Below, in pieces: positions 49,418-58,587 of a DNA stretch of 64,000 nt (positions within the stretch are counted from its first letter, which is position 1; each line of letters starts with the position of its first letter). The position numbers and the translations under genes are program-made. Source of the DNA: Eubacteriales bacterium (GTDB taxonomy: Bacteria; Bacillota; Clostridia; Oscillospirales; SIG627); contig JAZREJ010000039.1 of assembly GCA_045660745.1 (NCBI GenBank), positions 515 through 64,514 on the forward strand, read 5' to 3'. The notes beneath the pieces are model-generated. The model was given only the letters and a program-made list of their open reading frames with translations, did not search any database and was not told where the DNA came from.

Positions 49418-50497
49418 TCAAAGCTGAACTTCTCTACCTGTCTCGGCAGACTCGTACATAGCACGAAGAATCTTTATCATATTAACACCCTGAATGGGTT
49501 CGAAGTCGGGCTTTGCACCGTTGGCGATTACGTCAACGAAATGCTCGATGTTGCGAGCGTGGATGTTGGGCTCGTCAATTATCTGAGGCTCAAGATTTTC
49601 AAGAACACCGTTTGTCTCGGTAAATATCTTAAGAGAATTTGTGCCGCGACAGTTATCGGTAAACTTGGAACCTGCCTTGGTACCTCGAAGCTCAACGAAT
49701 ACATTCTCATGCTCAACATTGGATGCCCATGAAAATTCTATCTGGAGGCATGCGCCGTTATCGAACTTGATAAAGCCCATTGCGAGGTCTTCAACATCGA
49801 ACGTACCGCCGGATACCTTGTCGCCAAATGCGGAGTTTGCAGAGTCGGAAGTGTCGGAATCAGCAAATTTTCTGAAGGTGCAACCGGAAACCGCAACAGG
49901 AGTGGGGTTGCCCATAAGCCAAATGGAAAGGTCTATCATGTGTACACCGAGGTCGATGAGAGGACCGCCACCCGAAAGCTCTTTGGTTGTGAACCATCCG
50001 CCCTTACCCGGAATACCGCGACGTCTCTGCCAACCGCAGCGTCCGCAGTAGATATCTCCCATCTTACCGTCTGCGATAAACTTCTTCATATATCTTGAAG
50101 TGTTTCTGTGGCGGTTATTTCTCATTACCATAAGAGTCTTGCCAGCCTTTTCAGCAGCATTCTTCATCTTGAGTGCTTCCTCAACCGAAACAGCATCGGG
50201 CTTCTCGCAAAATACGTTGATTCCCTTTTCAAGAGCCGCAACAGCAATGAGCGAATGATAGAGGTTGGGAGTACAAATGTCAACGAAATCAAGTCCTTCG
50301 ATTTCAAGAACGTCCTTATAATCAGTAAAGCCAAGAGCATTCTCAAGACCGAACTGCTTTTTATAGCTGTCAATCTTTTCGGGAATGATATCACATACTG
50401 CAACTATCTCAACGTTGCCGAGCTTTTTCCAAGCGGGAATATGGCATCCTCTGGAGATTCCGCCGAGTCCGATTATGGCACCTTTTAAATTTTTCAT
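49418..50497 (-). CDS. Gfo/Idh/MocA-family oxidoreductase (ThuB-like partner)
   Basis: MKNLKGAIIGLGGISRG is a Rossmann N-terminus, and FCEKP is present. It sits 11 nt upstream of the ThuA gene. Confidence 0.88.
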   Translation of the reverse strand: MKNLKGAIIGLGGISRGCHIPAWKKLGNVEIVAVCDIIPEKIDSYKKQFGLENALGFTDYKDVLEIEGLDFVDICTPNLYHSLIAVAALEKGINVFCEKPDAVSVEEALKMKNAAEKAGKTLMVMRNNRHRNTSRYMKKFIADGKMGDIYCGRCGWQRRRGIPGKGGWFTTKELSGGGPLIDLGVHMIDLSIWLMGNPTPVAVSGCTFRKFADSDTSDSANSAFGDKVSGGTFDVEDLAMGFIKFDNGACLQIEFSWASNVEHENVFVELRGTKAGSKFTDNCRGTNSLKIFTETNGVLENLEPQIIDEPNIHARNIEHFVDVIANGAKPDFEPIQGVNMIKILRAMYESAETGREVQL

Positions 50498-50632
50498 TGT
50501 TTTTTCTCCTTTGAATATAAAATTCTTTTAAAAAAGTATAGCATATTTCTATTTTATATGATATAATTTTTTACACCAATATAATACACGATTCATTGCG
50601 AAAAGTATCAAATTTCTACGATTGAGGTAAAA

Positions 50633-51514
50633 ATGATAACACGCTCGGAAGCTCCCTTTACAATAAATGGTATAAAAAGCTCTATTCACGTTTGGCACCA
50701 GCGCTCGGTTCGCACAAACCGTACAGTTCCAAACGCATATCACTATCACGATTATATGGAGATACTGTATGCAACAGATTCGGATACGGTGCTTTGGGTA
50801 AACGGCGAAAGCCACCCCTTCCGTTCCGGAGACGTTGCTGTCATAAACTCGGGTGAACCACACGCCTTCACATTTAATGAATCCTCAAACTACATATGCC
50901 TTAAATTTACTCCGGGAATTTTTTCCGCTGACAATGGGTGCATGTTTCAAATACAATATCTTTTACCTTCACTCGGCAAAGATTTAAGCAAAAGAGTCTT
51001 CCCGTCAAGCGAGCTTGAGGGAATCGACATTGAAGCGTTAGTTAATGAGATAACCCTCGAATGGGACGGCAAAGAAACCGCCCACGAGCTTATAATCCGT
51101 GCAAACATTTTCAAAATATTTGCCGCCATAATAAGACTGTGGGAGAAGAATAACGTTTTTAAATTTGCACCACGCCCGTCTGATGCCATGCAAAAAGCAC
51201 TTACCTACATTTCCGAAAAGAACGCATGTGTCTCAGAAGAGGAAGTTGCATCGATATGTTCTCTCAGCCCGAATTATTTTTCCCGCTCTTTCAAAAATAC
51301 GGTTGGCAAAAACTTTAAAGATTATATAAACTCCATAAAGCTGCAAAATGCTCGAAACTTACTTGTCGCTACAACTAAAAATATTACCGAAATAGCATAT
51401 GACACGGGCTTTTCTTCTACCAGCCACTTTATATCGGCATTCAAAAAGGAATTTCATCTGACTCCAAAGCAGTTTCAAATCAGAATAAAAACAAAATCAA
51501 CCCCGTTTACATGA
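50633..51514 (+). CDS. AraC-family transcriptional regulator
   Basis: The HTH is VSEEEVASICSLSPNYFSRSFKNTVGKNFKDYINSIKLQNARNLL...GFSSTSHFISAFKKEFHLTPKQF. Confidence 0.9.
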   Translation: MITRSEAPFTINGIKSSIHVWHQRSVRTNRTVPNAYHYHDYMEILYATDSDTVLWVNGESHPFRSGDVAVINSGEPHAFTFNESSNYICLKFTPGIFSADNGCMFQIQYLLPSLGKDLSKRVFPSSELEGIDIEALVNEITLEWDGKETAHELIIRANIFKIFAAIIRLWEKNNVFKFAPRPSDAMQKALTYISEKNACVSEEEVASICSLSPNYFSRSFKNTVGKNFKDYINSIKLQNARNLLVATTKNITEIAYDTGFSSTSHFISAFKKEFHLTPKQFQIRIKTKSTPFT

Positions 51515-51530
51515 AAGGACGTTTAATTTG

Positions 51531-52730
51531 ATGCGCAAAATATCACTTATCATAGTCGTAACGCTGACTGTTTTGCTGTTTTCCTGCGCTTCAAGCTCGG
51601 TAAAAAAGGCAGAAGACAGCACACTTGAATTTAATGAATTTAACACTCCACCGTCCGAAGCGCTTGTGTACGATTTCAAAGAAATATCCTTTGTTGCCTG
51701 TGGTGATAACATAACCTACGGAACAAAGGATGCAAAGTCAAAAGCAATTCCGGGTGGCAGGAGCCTCAATTTCAAACCGCAGTATGCAAACGTTCAAGAA
51801 AAGATAGAAGGCGCCGACATTGCATTTATAAACCAAGAGTGCGTTATGGCGGGAAATGGTTATCCCATAAAGTACTACCCTATGTTCAACGTTCCTCAGG
51901 AGCTTGGTCTTGACCTGGTAGAGCTCGGGTACGACGTCATCAACATCGGAACGAACCATATGCTTGATGCGGGAACATCGGGTCTTCAGTCAACGATAGA
52001 GTTCTGGAAGAGTCAAAACGTCACGATGATAGGCGGATACGAAAATGAAGAGGACTATGACAACATCCGTATAGTGGAAAGAGACGGCATTAAAATAGCA
52101 TTTCTCTCCTACACATATTTTACAAACGGTCTTGTAAAATCTGCATCCTCCCCTATCGTTATTCCATATCTCAACGATGAAGATATTATCAGACAGACAG
52201 CTTTGGCAAAGAAAGAAGCAGATCTTGTATTCGTTTCGGTCCACTGGGGAGACGAGTATTCGTTTGTTCCTTCAGCGGGACAAAGACGCGCGGCACAGGT
52301 CATGGCAGACTGCGGAGTGGACGTCATAATCGGACATCATCCGCACGTTTTACAGCCAATAGAATGGTTAGAAGGCAAAAACGGTAACAAGACTCTGTGT
52401 GCTTTTTCACTTGGAAATTTTGTAGCCGAGCAAGACCTCGACGTTAATATGGTGGGCGGTATCCTTGAGCTTAATATACTTAAACCGAATGCGGGAAAGC
52501 CTTACGTTGAAAAAGTGATATTTCACCCAACGGTATTCCATTTTTCAAGCGATTTTTACACTAACGTCGTTTATTACATGCAAGACTACACCCCTGAGCT
52601 TGCCGCAGTACACGGTGTGCGCAAATACTACGGGAATCCACTTACTTATGAGAGGCTTGTGGGATATGCTGTAAACACCATTTCAAAAGAATTTTTAACA
52701 GACGAGTTTAATGAAAAGTTTAATAAGTAA
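51531..52730 (+). CDS. CapA-family (PGA_cap metallophosphatase-like) lipoprotein
   Basis: Lipobox LLFSC. Motifs ACGDN, GTNHMLD, VHWGDEY and IIGHHPHVLQP. The ATG is 16 nt after the AraC stop. Confidence 0.85.
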   Translation: MRKISLIIVVTLTVLLFSCASSSVKKAEDSTLEFNEFNTPPSEALVYDFKEISFVACGDNITYGTKDAKSKAIPGGRSLNFKPQYANVQEKIEGADIAFINQECVMAGNGYPIKYYPMFNVPQELGLDLVELGYDVINIGTNHMLDAGTSGLQSTIEFWKSQNVTMIGGYENEEDYDNIRIVERDGIKIAFLSYTYFTNGLVKSASSPIVIPYLNDEDIIRQTALAKKEADLVFVSVHWGDEYSFVPSAGQRRAAQVMADCGVDVIIGHHPHVLQPIEWLEGKNGNKTLCAFSLGNFVAEQDLDVNMVGGILELNILKPNAGKPYVEKVIFHPTVFHFSSDFYTNVVYYMQDYTPELAAVHGVRKYYGNPLTYERLVGYAVNTISKEFLTDEFNEKFNK

Positions 52731-52742
52731 AGGATGAGTTAA

Positions 52743-53018
52743 ATGAGATATTTAAGAGGTACATTCAGACCGAGAGGTGCAAAAACAACGGTCGGAGCAT
52801 TTTGGGGACGAGTATTTTTATGTATAGTAACCTTAATTCTCATGTGTGCGCTGACACTTTTTTCATCTCTTTGGGTGATATTTAAATCAGACTGCCGCGA
52901 GATTCACAAAAAGGTTGTTGACAAGGCGTATGAAAACAAATATACCGAGTGGATCCCCTCCATCTATCTTTCGGATGACGAAATACATCTTTTGAGAGGT
53001 ACGGAGGTGACAAAATGA
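52743..53018 (+). CDS. small single-pass membrane protein (91 aa), unknown function
   Basis: AAAGGA SD and one TM segment (VFLCIVTLILMCALTLFSSLWVIF). Its stop overlaps the next start (ATGA). Confidence 0.6.
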   Translation: MRYLRGTFRPRGAKTTVGAFWGRVFLCIVTLILMCALTLFSSLWVIFKSDCREIHKKVVDKAYENKYTEWIPSIYLSDDEIHLLRGTEVTK

Positions 53019-54076
53019 CAAGATTTTACAAAATATATCTAACGGTCATAATACTGTTTCTAATAGCTCTTTCGGGCTTTCTCGTATATCTTAATTGGCA
53101 AATCGAAGCCTACAGCGAGACTCTTCCCGAAGCTGTGAGCAAAAAATATTTTGAGTCTGTATTCAAAAATATTGACCCCGATGGATTAAATCCCGCCAAC
53201 AAGCTCTTCCCTGTTTCCCGCAATGAATTTGATACAGACCGCGACATGACAGATATTCTTGAATACAGAAAAGAAGTCATTCTGGCTTCAACTTACACCG
53301 AAACAAGCCGCAATGAGAACAGTATTCTTTATACAATCACTTCAAACGGAAATGATATCGGAACGTTTACTCTTGAAAAGGATGAAAACGGCGTATGGCA
53401 AGGAGGCAACATCACTGTTGAATATGAGCCACGCTATACTGTTACTGTAAAGGCACTTAGCTCAAGCACCGTATACTTAAACGGCAAGCCTGTATCAATG
53501 GTTTATAAAGTAGCAAATGAACCTCATCCTTCAAAAGACTATCTCCCCGAAGAGGTTCCGTCGCCGGAATATATCACCTATAAGATTGAAAACTGCATAA
53601 AAGAACCTAAAATCTCGATAAAAGACAGAAACGGGACTCATACTACCGCTGTTAGGGAAGGTGATATTTTTGTAGAAAAAGTTATCTATGCTGTTCCCGA
53701 CCAATCAATTTCAGCAAGAATAGTTGATACAGCAATAAATATAGAGCTTCATAAAAAACACCTTGTTCCCCTATCGCTTGTTACACCTTACATTGAAGAA
53801 GGCACGGCACTTTACCGTGAGGTGGAAGAAAATGACGATAAAACAGTGAACGAAAAATACGAAATACGCAGCAATGTTTCAATCTTCGAGTTTTTTGAAT
53901 ATGACGAGAATACCGTTTCCTTGCGTATCGCTTTTACCCTTGCGACGTCAAGCGGTGAGGAATCGGTCGACGTAACCTATTTTGCCAGAAAGATAAACGG
54001 CGAATATTTCATATACACCTACAAAAACAACTCCGAGGCAGTAGCCTCGGAGTCTCTTTTTTTACTTGAGAAGTGA
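53015..54076 (+). CDS. N-terminally membrane-anchored protein (353 aa), unknown function
   Basis: TM anchor IYLTVIILFLIALSGFLVYL followed by a beta-rich extracellular region. No recognisable motif. Confidence 0.65.
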   Translation: MTRFYKIYLTVIILFLIALSGFLVYLNWQIEAYSETLPEAVSKKYFESVFKNIDPDGLNPANKLFPVSRNEFDTDRDMTDILEYRKEVILASTYTETSRNENSILYTITSNGNDIGTFTLEKDENGVWQGGNITVEYEPRYTVTVKALSSSTVYLNGKPVSMVYKVANEPHPSKDYLPEEVPSPEYITYKIENCIKEPKISIKDRNGTHTTAVREGDIFVEKVIYAVPDQSISARIVDTAINIELHKKHLVPLSLVTPYIEEGTALYREVEENDDKTVNEKYEIRSNVSIFEFFEYDENTVSLRIAFTLATSSGEESVDVTYFARKINGEYFIYTYKNNSEAVASESLFLLEK

Positions 54077-54778
54077 TTCGGGAGATTTGTCCGCATGAAT
54101 ACAAACAGGAGTTGTGCCGGGAGCCTTTTTGCCTGCCCAAACAGCCGCGTTCTTGAGAATCCTTGAAACGTATTCGTTGTGGAAGGAAGGATAGCTTTCG
54201 TGACCCGGCTGGAAGTAGAATATCTTACCAAGACCTCTTGTGAAGGTACATCCCGAACGGAAGACCTCGCCTCCCGCAAACCATCCCATAAATACTATCT
54301 CATCGGGGGTGGGAATATCAAAGTATTCTCCATACATTTCTTCGTTTTCAAGCTCAAAGTATTCGGGAAGCCCCTGTGCGATGGGGTGTGAGGGGGAAGT
54401 TACCCAAATACGCTCGCGGTCTGCGTCACGCCATCTGAGAGTACAAGCAGTACCCATAAGCCGTTTGAAGGGCTTTGAAAGATGTGCTGAGTGAAGAGCC
54501 AAAAGTCCGGTTCCTGCAAGAACTGCATTCTGAACGTAATCAACTACGTTATCGGGAACCTGACCATGGTACATATGTCCCCACCAGCAGATAAGATCTG
54601 CAGAGCGTACGGTCTCTTCGGTAAACACGTCTGCAACGTCATCGAGAGTTGCGATTGTTACGTCGTGTCCTTCTTCTGTGAAAATCTCGGCAAGTCTTCC
54701 GTGGATACCAACGGGATAAACAGCCTTTATTGAATCTTTCTTATCATGTACGCCTTCGTTATAAATAAGTATCTTCAT
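54062..54778 (-). CDS. ThuA-domain protein (second paralog)
   Basis: 238 aa with HSAHLSKPFKRLMGTA and RSGCTFTRGLGKIFYFQPGHE. Its 3' end overlaps the convergent gene by 15 nt. Confidence 0.85.
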   Translation of the reverse strand: MKILIYNEGVHDKKDSIKAVYPVGIHGRLAEIFTEEGHDVTIATLDDVADVFTEETVRSADLICWWGHMYHGQVPDNVVDYVQNAVLAGTGLLALHSAHLSKPFKRLMGTACTLRWRDADRERIWVTSPSHPIAQGLPEYFELENEEMYGEYFDIPTPDEIVFMGWFAGGEVFRSGCTFTRGLGKIFYFQPGHESYPSFHNEYVSRILKNAAVWAGKKAPGTTPVCIHADKSPESLLK

Positions 54779-54868
54779 ATTGTTTCTCCGTTTTTTTATT
54801 TTATTTTACCACTCAAATCACAAAAAGTAAATACAGTTTTTGCACTAAAATTGAATTATTTTGACCTT

Positions 54869-55795
54869 TTAACCTCCCCAGCTGTTACACGCCTCAATGC
54901 AAAGATTTTCAATGTAATCGCGTCTTGAAAGCTTTGCAAGCCATTTTTCGGGAATTGAATTAAAGCCCCAAAGGATTCCCGCCATACCGCCGACAACAGC
55001 CGCAACCGTGTCCGTGTCCTCTCCGAGATTTACCGCTTTCAGTACACATTCTGAATAGCTTTCGGAATTCAAAAGGCACCAGAGAGAGGCTTCAAGTGTA
55101 TCAACAATATATCCGCTGCTACTTATTTCTGAGATATCAAGAGCCACAAAATCTGTTTCAAAAAGTCTTGCATAAGCATCAAACTCATCACTGTCGCTGT
55201 AAAATGCCGCCGCCTTCATAAGCCCGCGATACACAGAATCTTTTGAGGGAGACGCAAGTAATTCCCAAATAACAAACGCATATATTCCGCATCCCACAAG
55301 ACTGCGCTCATGAGAGTGAGTAAGTCTTGATGCATTGTGTATAATTTCGAGCGGGTCAGCAAATTTCTGATAATAAGTGTATAGAACAAACGGAAGAATA
55401 CGCATAAGTGAACCGTTTCCGTTATCCCATTCACTGTTTTGTCCGCACTCAAGGGCGGGAAGGCTTTCACCAACGTACAAAAGGATTGACTTGCGAGTAG
55501 AATTCCCAACGTCAAAAACCTCTCCGTCTGCGGTATACTTTGCATCACCGAGCCATGCAGCAAAGTTTTCCATTACCTCGTTATAGTCGAGATGCTTTAT
55601 AAGGCTGTCCAGTGAGGCAAGCGTCATGCTCGTGTCATCCGACCACGTGCCCGCATCCTTATCGTGAGTCCCATGCCCCTCCATATCCGAAACAGGCTTT
55701 ATATCAAGCTCGTCTCTTGTACAGAATTCCACAGGCACTCCGAGTGCATCGCCAACAGCGTGACCAAATATCGCACCCTTTATTTTATCAAGCAT
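54869..55795 (-). CDS. ADP-ribosylglycohydrolase (ARH)-family protein
   Basis: GAIFGHAVGDALGVPVEF and GEDTDTVAAVVGGMAGILWG are the two metal-binding blocks of the family. Confidence 0.88.
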   Translation of the reverse strand: MLDKIKGAIFGHAVGDALGVPVEFCTRDELDIKPVSDMEGHGTHDKDAGTWSDDTSMTLASLDSLIKHLDYNEVMENFAAWLGDAKYTADGEVFDVGNSTRKSILLYVGESLPALECGQNSEWDNGNGSLMRILPFVLYTYYQKFADPLEIIHNASRLTHSHERSLVGCGIYAFVIWELLASPSKDSVYRGLMKAAAFYSDSDEFDAYARLFETDFVALDISEISSSGYIVDTLEASLWCLLNSESYSECVLKAVNLGEDTDTVAAVVGGMAGILWGFNSIPEKWLAKLSRRDYIENLCIEACNSWGG

Positions 55796-55925
55796 AGCTC
55801 TTCCTCCGTTTCTTTATTTTATTATACTTCAAACCCTCGAAAAAGTCAATGGTGCAAAAAAGTGTCCGATTCCCGAAATTTTTTAGACATATGCCCGTTG
55901 AATTTTGAATTTGAATAAAATATAA

Positions 55926-55954
55926 TTGACACAAGACATACAACAATGTATAAT
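55926..55954 (+). promoter_or_regulatory. perfect consensus sigma-A promoter
   Basis: TTGACA (55926-55931), 17 nt, TATAAT (55949-55954). The ATG at 55967 is only 12 nt after the -10. Confidence 0.6.
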
Positions 55955-55966
55955 GAGGTAAAGAAT

Positions 55967-56907
55967 ATGGCACACAAAATATTTACTGACTTTTTCCCTT
56001 ACGGAGCACAATACCACAGAGCACCGACTCCCCTGAGAAGTGAATGGGACGTTGCTATATTCTTTGATCCCGAAAACCGGCTTTTAATGAGAATTCAGCA
56101 TATGCAATGCACTCTTGCGGGAATTGAGAATATTGGTGAAGAATACGAATACAGCTACAAAAAGATGGTAAGAGGAGCGCACTCGCTTTTCCGCAGACTC
56201 GGACACAGAGCGGATTTTGCGGTTCCGGGCGACGACCTTTCGAAATACCGTGCAGTGCTTGTAAGCTGTTTTGAAATGACAAATCCCGATATTGCAAGAG
56301 CTCTTACCGACTGCGTCAAAAACGGCGGTGCCTACTTATAGAATATCCGTTTGCTTGCCGTGATACGAACACATGGGTTTCACCCACACGTCCGAACCTC
56401 GGACTTGACGCACTCACGGGATGCCGTGAAGTACCTAGAGTGGAATTCTCATGCGATATGGGAAATAAAATATTTTTCGACTCCCAAGAAGAGCTATGCG
56501 ACGGCTGGCACGTAACTCTTGAGCCTACCGGCGAAAACGCATCTGTCATCGGTAGATGGGAGGACTCAAGCCCCGCAGTTATAGAGCATCGATTCGGCAA
56601 GGGACGTGTCATAACCTCGGGTGGAAGCTTTTCAATTGCGGTACACGATAATCAAAAGGCACCCGTTCCGCATCTTTTTAAAAAGCTTATGGACTATGCG
56701 GGAATAGCTTATGAGGAGTCCGACATATGGACGGCGCTAAGACGCTCGGACAAGCATGAATACCGATTCTTTTATAACGTCGGAAAAGACGAGAAGGAAG
56801 TCATGCTTGACGCATATCCCGTATACGTTTCAAACGAATGCACAATAGAAAGCACTTCTGCCAAAATTCCCCCTTACGGAGTAATTATAACAAAAAAGGA
56901 ACTATAA
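55967..56907 (+). pseudogene. decayed GH42-like beta-galactosidase gene (catalytic barrel deleted, plus a frameshift)
   Basis: ORFs 55946..56341 and 56440..56907 are in different frames. The N-terminus FPYGAQYHRAPTPLRSEWD (barrel start) runs directly into VAIFFDPEN...DFAVPGDDLSKYRAVLV...VKNGGAYL (trimerisation-domain-like). The second frame is open from 56275 and continues IEYPFACRDTNTWV...LDALTGC... to a C-terminal beta domain. A 1-nt indel near 56336-56340 joins the two frames. Confidence 0.6.
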
Positions 56908-56910
56908 ACA

Positions 56911-58587
56911 ATGAAAATTTTTGACGTTCACATTCACGCTTTTAATACCGAAATCACACCCGAAAAGCTTATTTCCGACATGGATGTTGCGGGGATTTAC
57001 GGAGGCTGTGTATTTTCAAATCTTCCCGACAGAACAAATCCTCAGACGGGTACCGACTTTGATACAAGACTTTCGGAGGTACTTTCATGGTGTCGGGGAT
57101 ACGAAATGAGACTTTTCCCCATCATGTATATTCATCCTTATGAAAATGATATCATAAACAAAATACACAAGGCGGCAGACCTTGGAATATGCGGCTTCAA
57201 GATGATATGCACCGACTACTTCGTATATGAAGAAGAGTGTCTCAAGGTGCTTCGGGAAATCGCCTCTCTTAACAAGCCTGTGTTTTTCCACACAGGAATA
57301 CTTTGGGACGGCGAGATATCATCAAAATACAACAGACCGCTTAATTGGGAGGATTTACTTGAAATAGAGGGACTGCGTTTTTCAATGGGGCATTGCTCAT
57401 GGCCATGGATTGACGAATGCGTTGCACTCTACGGAAAATTCATGAGTGCAAAAAACACTAAAAAGACCTCCGAGCTTTTCTTTGACATCACCCCGGGCAC
57501 TCCTCCTCAGGACAGAGAAAGACTGCTTGAAAGGATATACACCCTCGGCTACGATTCGGGCGACAACGTTATGTTCGGTGCGGATTGCATTGCAAACGTA
57601 TACAACTCAGGCTACGTCAAAGAATGGCTTGTCCGTGACAGAGATATTCTCGACAGGCTCGGAGTGTCGAGAAAAAACCGTGAAAAGCTTTATTACAAGA
57701 ATCTTCTGCGTTTTCTCGGAAAGGCTGATGCTGAGATTGAGCAAGAGCTTCCCGATCCCGAAAACCCCACTCTTTGGAGATGTGACAATCCCGACGTTTA
57801 CAAAACGATAGAGGAATACTATAAGGCACTTGAATTTCCCAAGGTATTCAACGACGCTTTCTACAAAGCACTTTCTACAGTAAAAGTATCGGACGATATC
57901 ACAATAGACAGATACAACAAAAACTGTGAAGACGGAATACGCAATCTTCTCTCGTTTTTGTATATGTGTAAAAGCACAAAAGAGAAATATGAAAGCCTTG
58001 GCATTCCCGAATCGGTGCTTATCGACACTCTCAAGGATATTGTAATATACACTAACACCTGGAGCGATATCAAGGGATGTCTTTATCTCGGCGAGCTTCA
58101 TTGGCTCTCTCTTCACCTCTCGGCAAAGCTTTTCAGACTCGGCAGACTTCAGTTCGGATTTGGAAAATCTCCCTACGATATTCCCGAATTCGGCATCAAA
58201 AAGGGGGACGACGTTATTGACGTGCACATTCCGGAAGGAGAGCCTTTAACAATTTCCGAATGTGAAAAATCAATAGCTGATGCCAAGATATTCTTCAAAA
58301 AATATTTTCCCGATTTCAAATACAAGTATTTCACCTGTCATTCATGGCTTCTTGACGATACGCTCGATGAATTTCTCCCCGAAACAAGCAACATTATAAG
58401 ATTCAAAAATATGTTTGCAAGAGCCGTTTCGGAAGACTCCTCCGACATTTTAAGATACGTCTTCAAATGGAACACAAATGAAACAAACTTAAGATTTGCA
58501 TATCCCATATCAGACTTTGCACGCAAGGTCCAAAAGTACGTTCTTTCAGGAAAAAGCTTTAAGGTTTCCTACGGTATCTTAAAATGA
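56911..58587 (+). CDS. fusion protein: amidohydrolase-2-type metal-dependent hydrolase N-domain plus acyltransferase-like (NAT_N/GNAT_C-like) C-domain
   Basis: The N-domain has MKIFDVHIHAF, GFKM, VFFHTG, MGHCSWPW and FGADC. The C-domain has RLGRLQF, IDVHIPEGEPL and FTCHSWLL, homologous to ORF 19700..20881. Confidence 0.7.
   Translation: MKIFDVHIHAFNTEITPEKLISDMDVAGIYGGCVFSNLPDRTNPQTGTDFDTRLSEVLSWCRGYEMRLFPIMYIHPYENDIINKIHKAADLGICGFKMICTDYFVYEEECLKVLREIASLNKPVFFHTGILWDGEISSKYNRPLNWEDLLEIEGLRFSMGHCSWPWIDECVALYGKFMSAKNTKKTSELFFDITPGTPPQDRERLLERIYTLGYDSGDNVMFGADCIANVYNSGYVKEWLVRDRDILDRLGVSRKNREKLYYKNLLRFLGKADAEIEQELPDPENPTLWRCDNPDVYKTIEEYYKALEFPKVFNDAFYKALSTVKVSDDITIDRYNKNCEDGIRNLLSFLYMCKSTKEKYESLGIPESVLIDTLKDIVIYTNTWSDIKGCLYLGELHWLSLHLSAKLFRLGRLQFGFGKSPYDIPEFGIKKGDDVIDVHIPEGEPLTISECEKSIADAKIFFKKYFPDFKYKYFTCHSWLLDDTLDEFLPETSNIIRFKNMFARAVSEDSSDILRYVFKWNTNETNLRFAYPISDFARKVQKYVLSGKSFKVSYGILK

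Noticed and set aside
54869-55795. ADP-ribosylglycohydrolase as the antitoxin or reversal enzyme of an ADP-ribosylating toxin or defence system
   Set aside because: No ADP-ribosyltransferase, macrodomain or other toxin-like ORF is adjacent. Its neighbours are a ThuA protein and a decayed GH42 gene, so a metabolic role is more likely.
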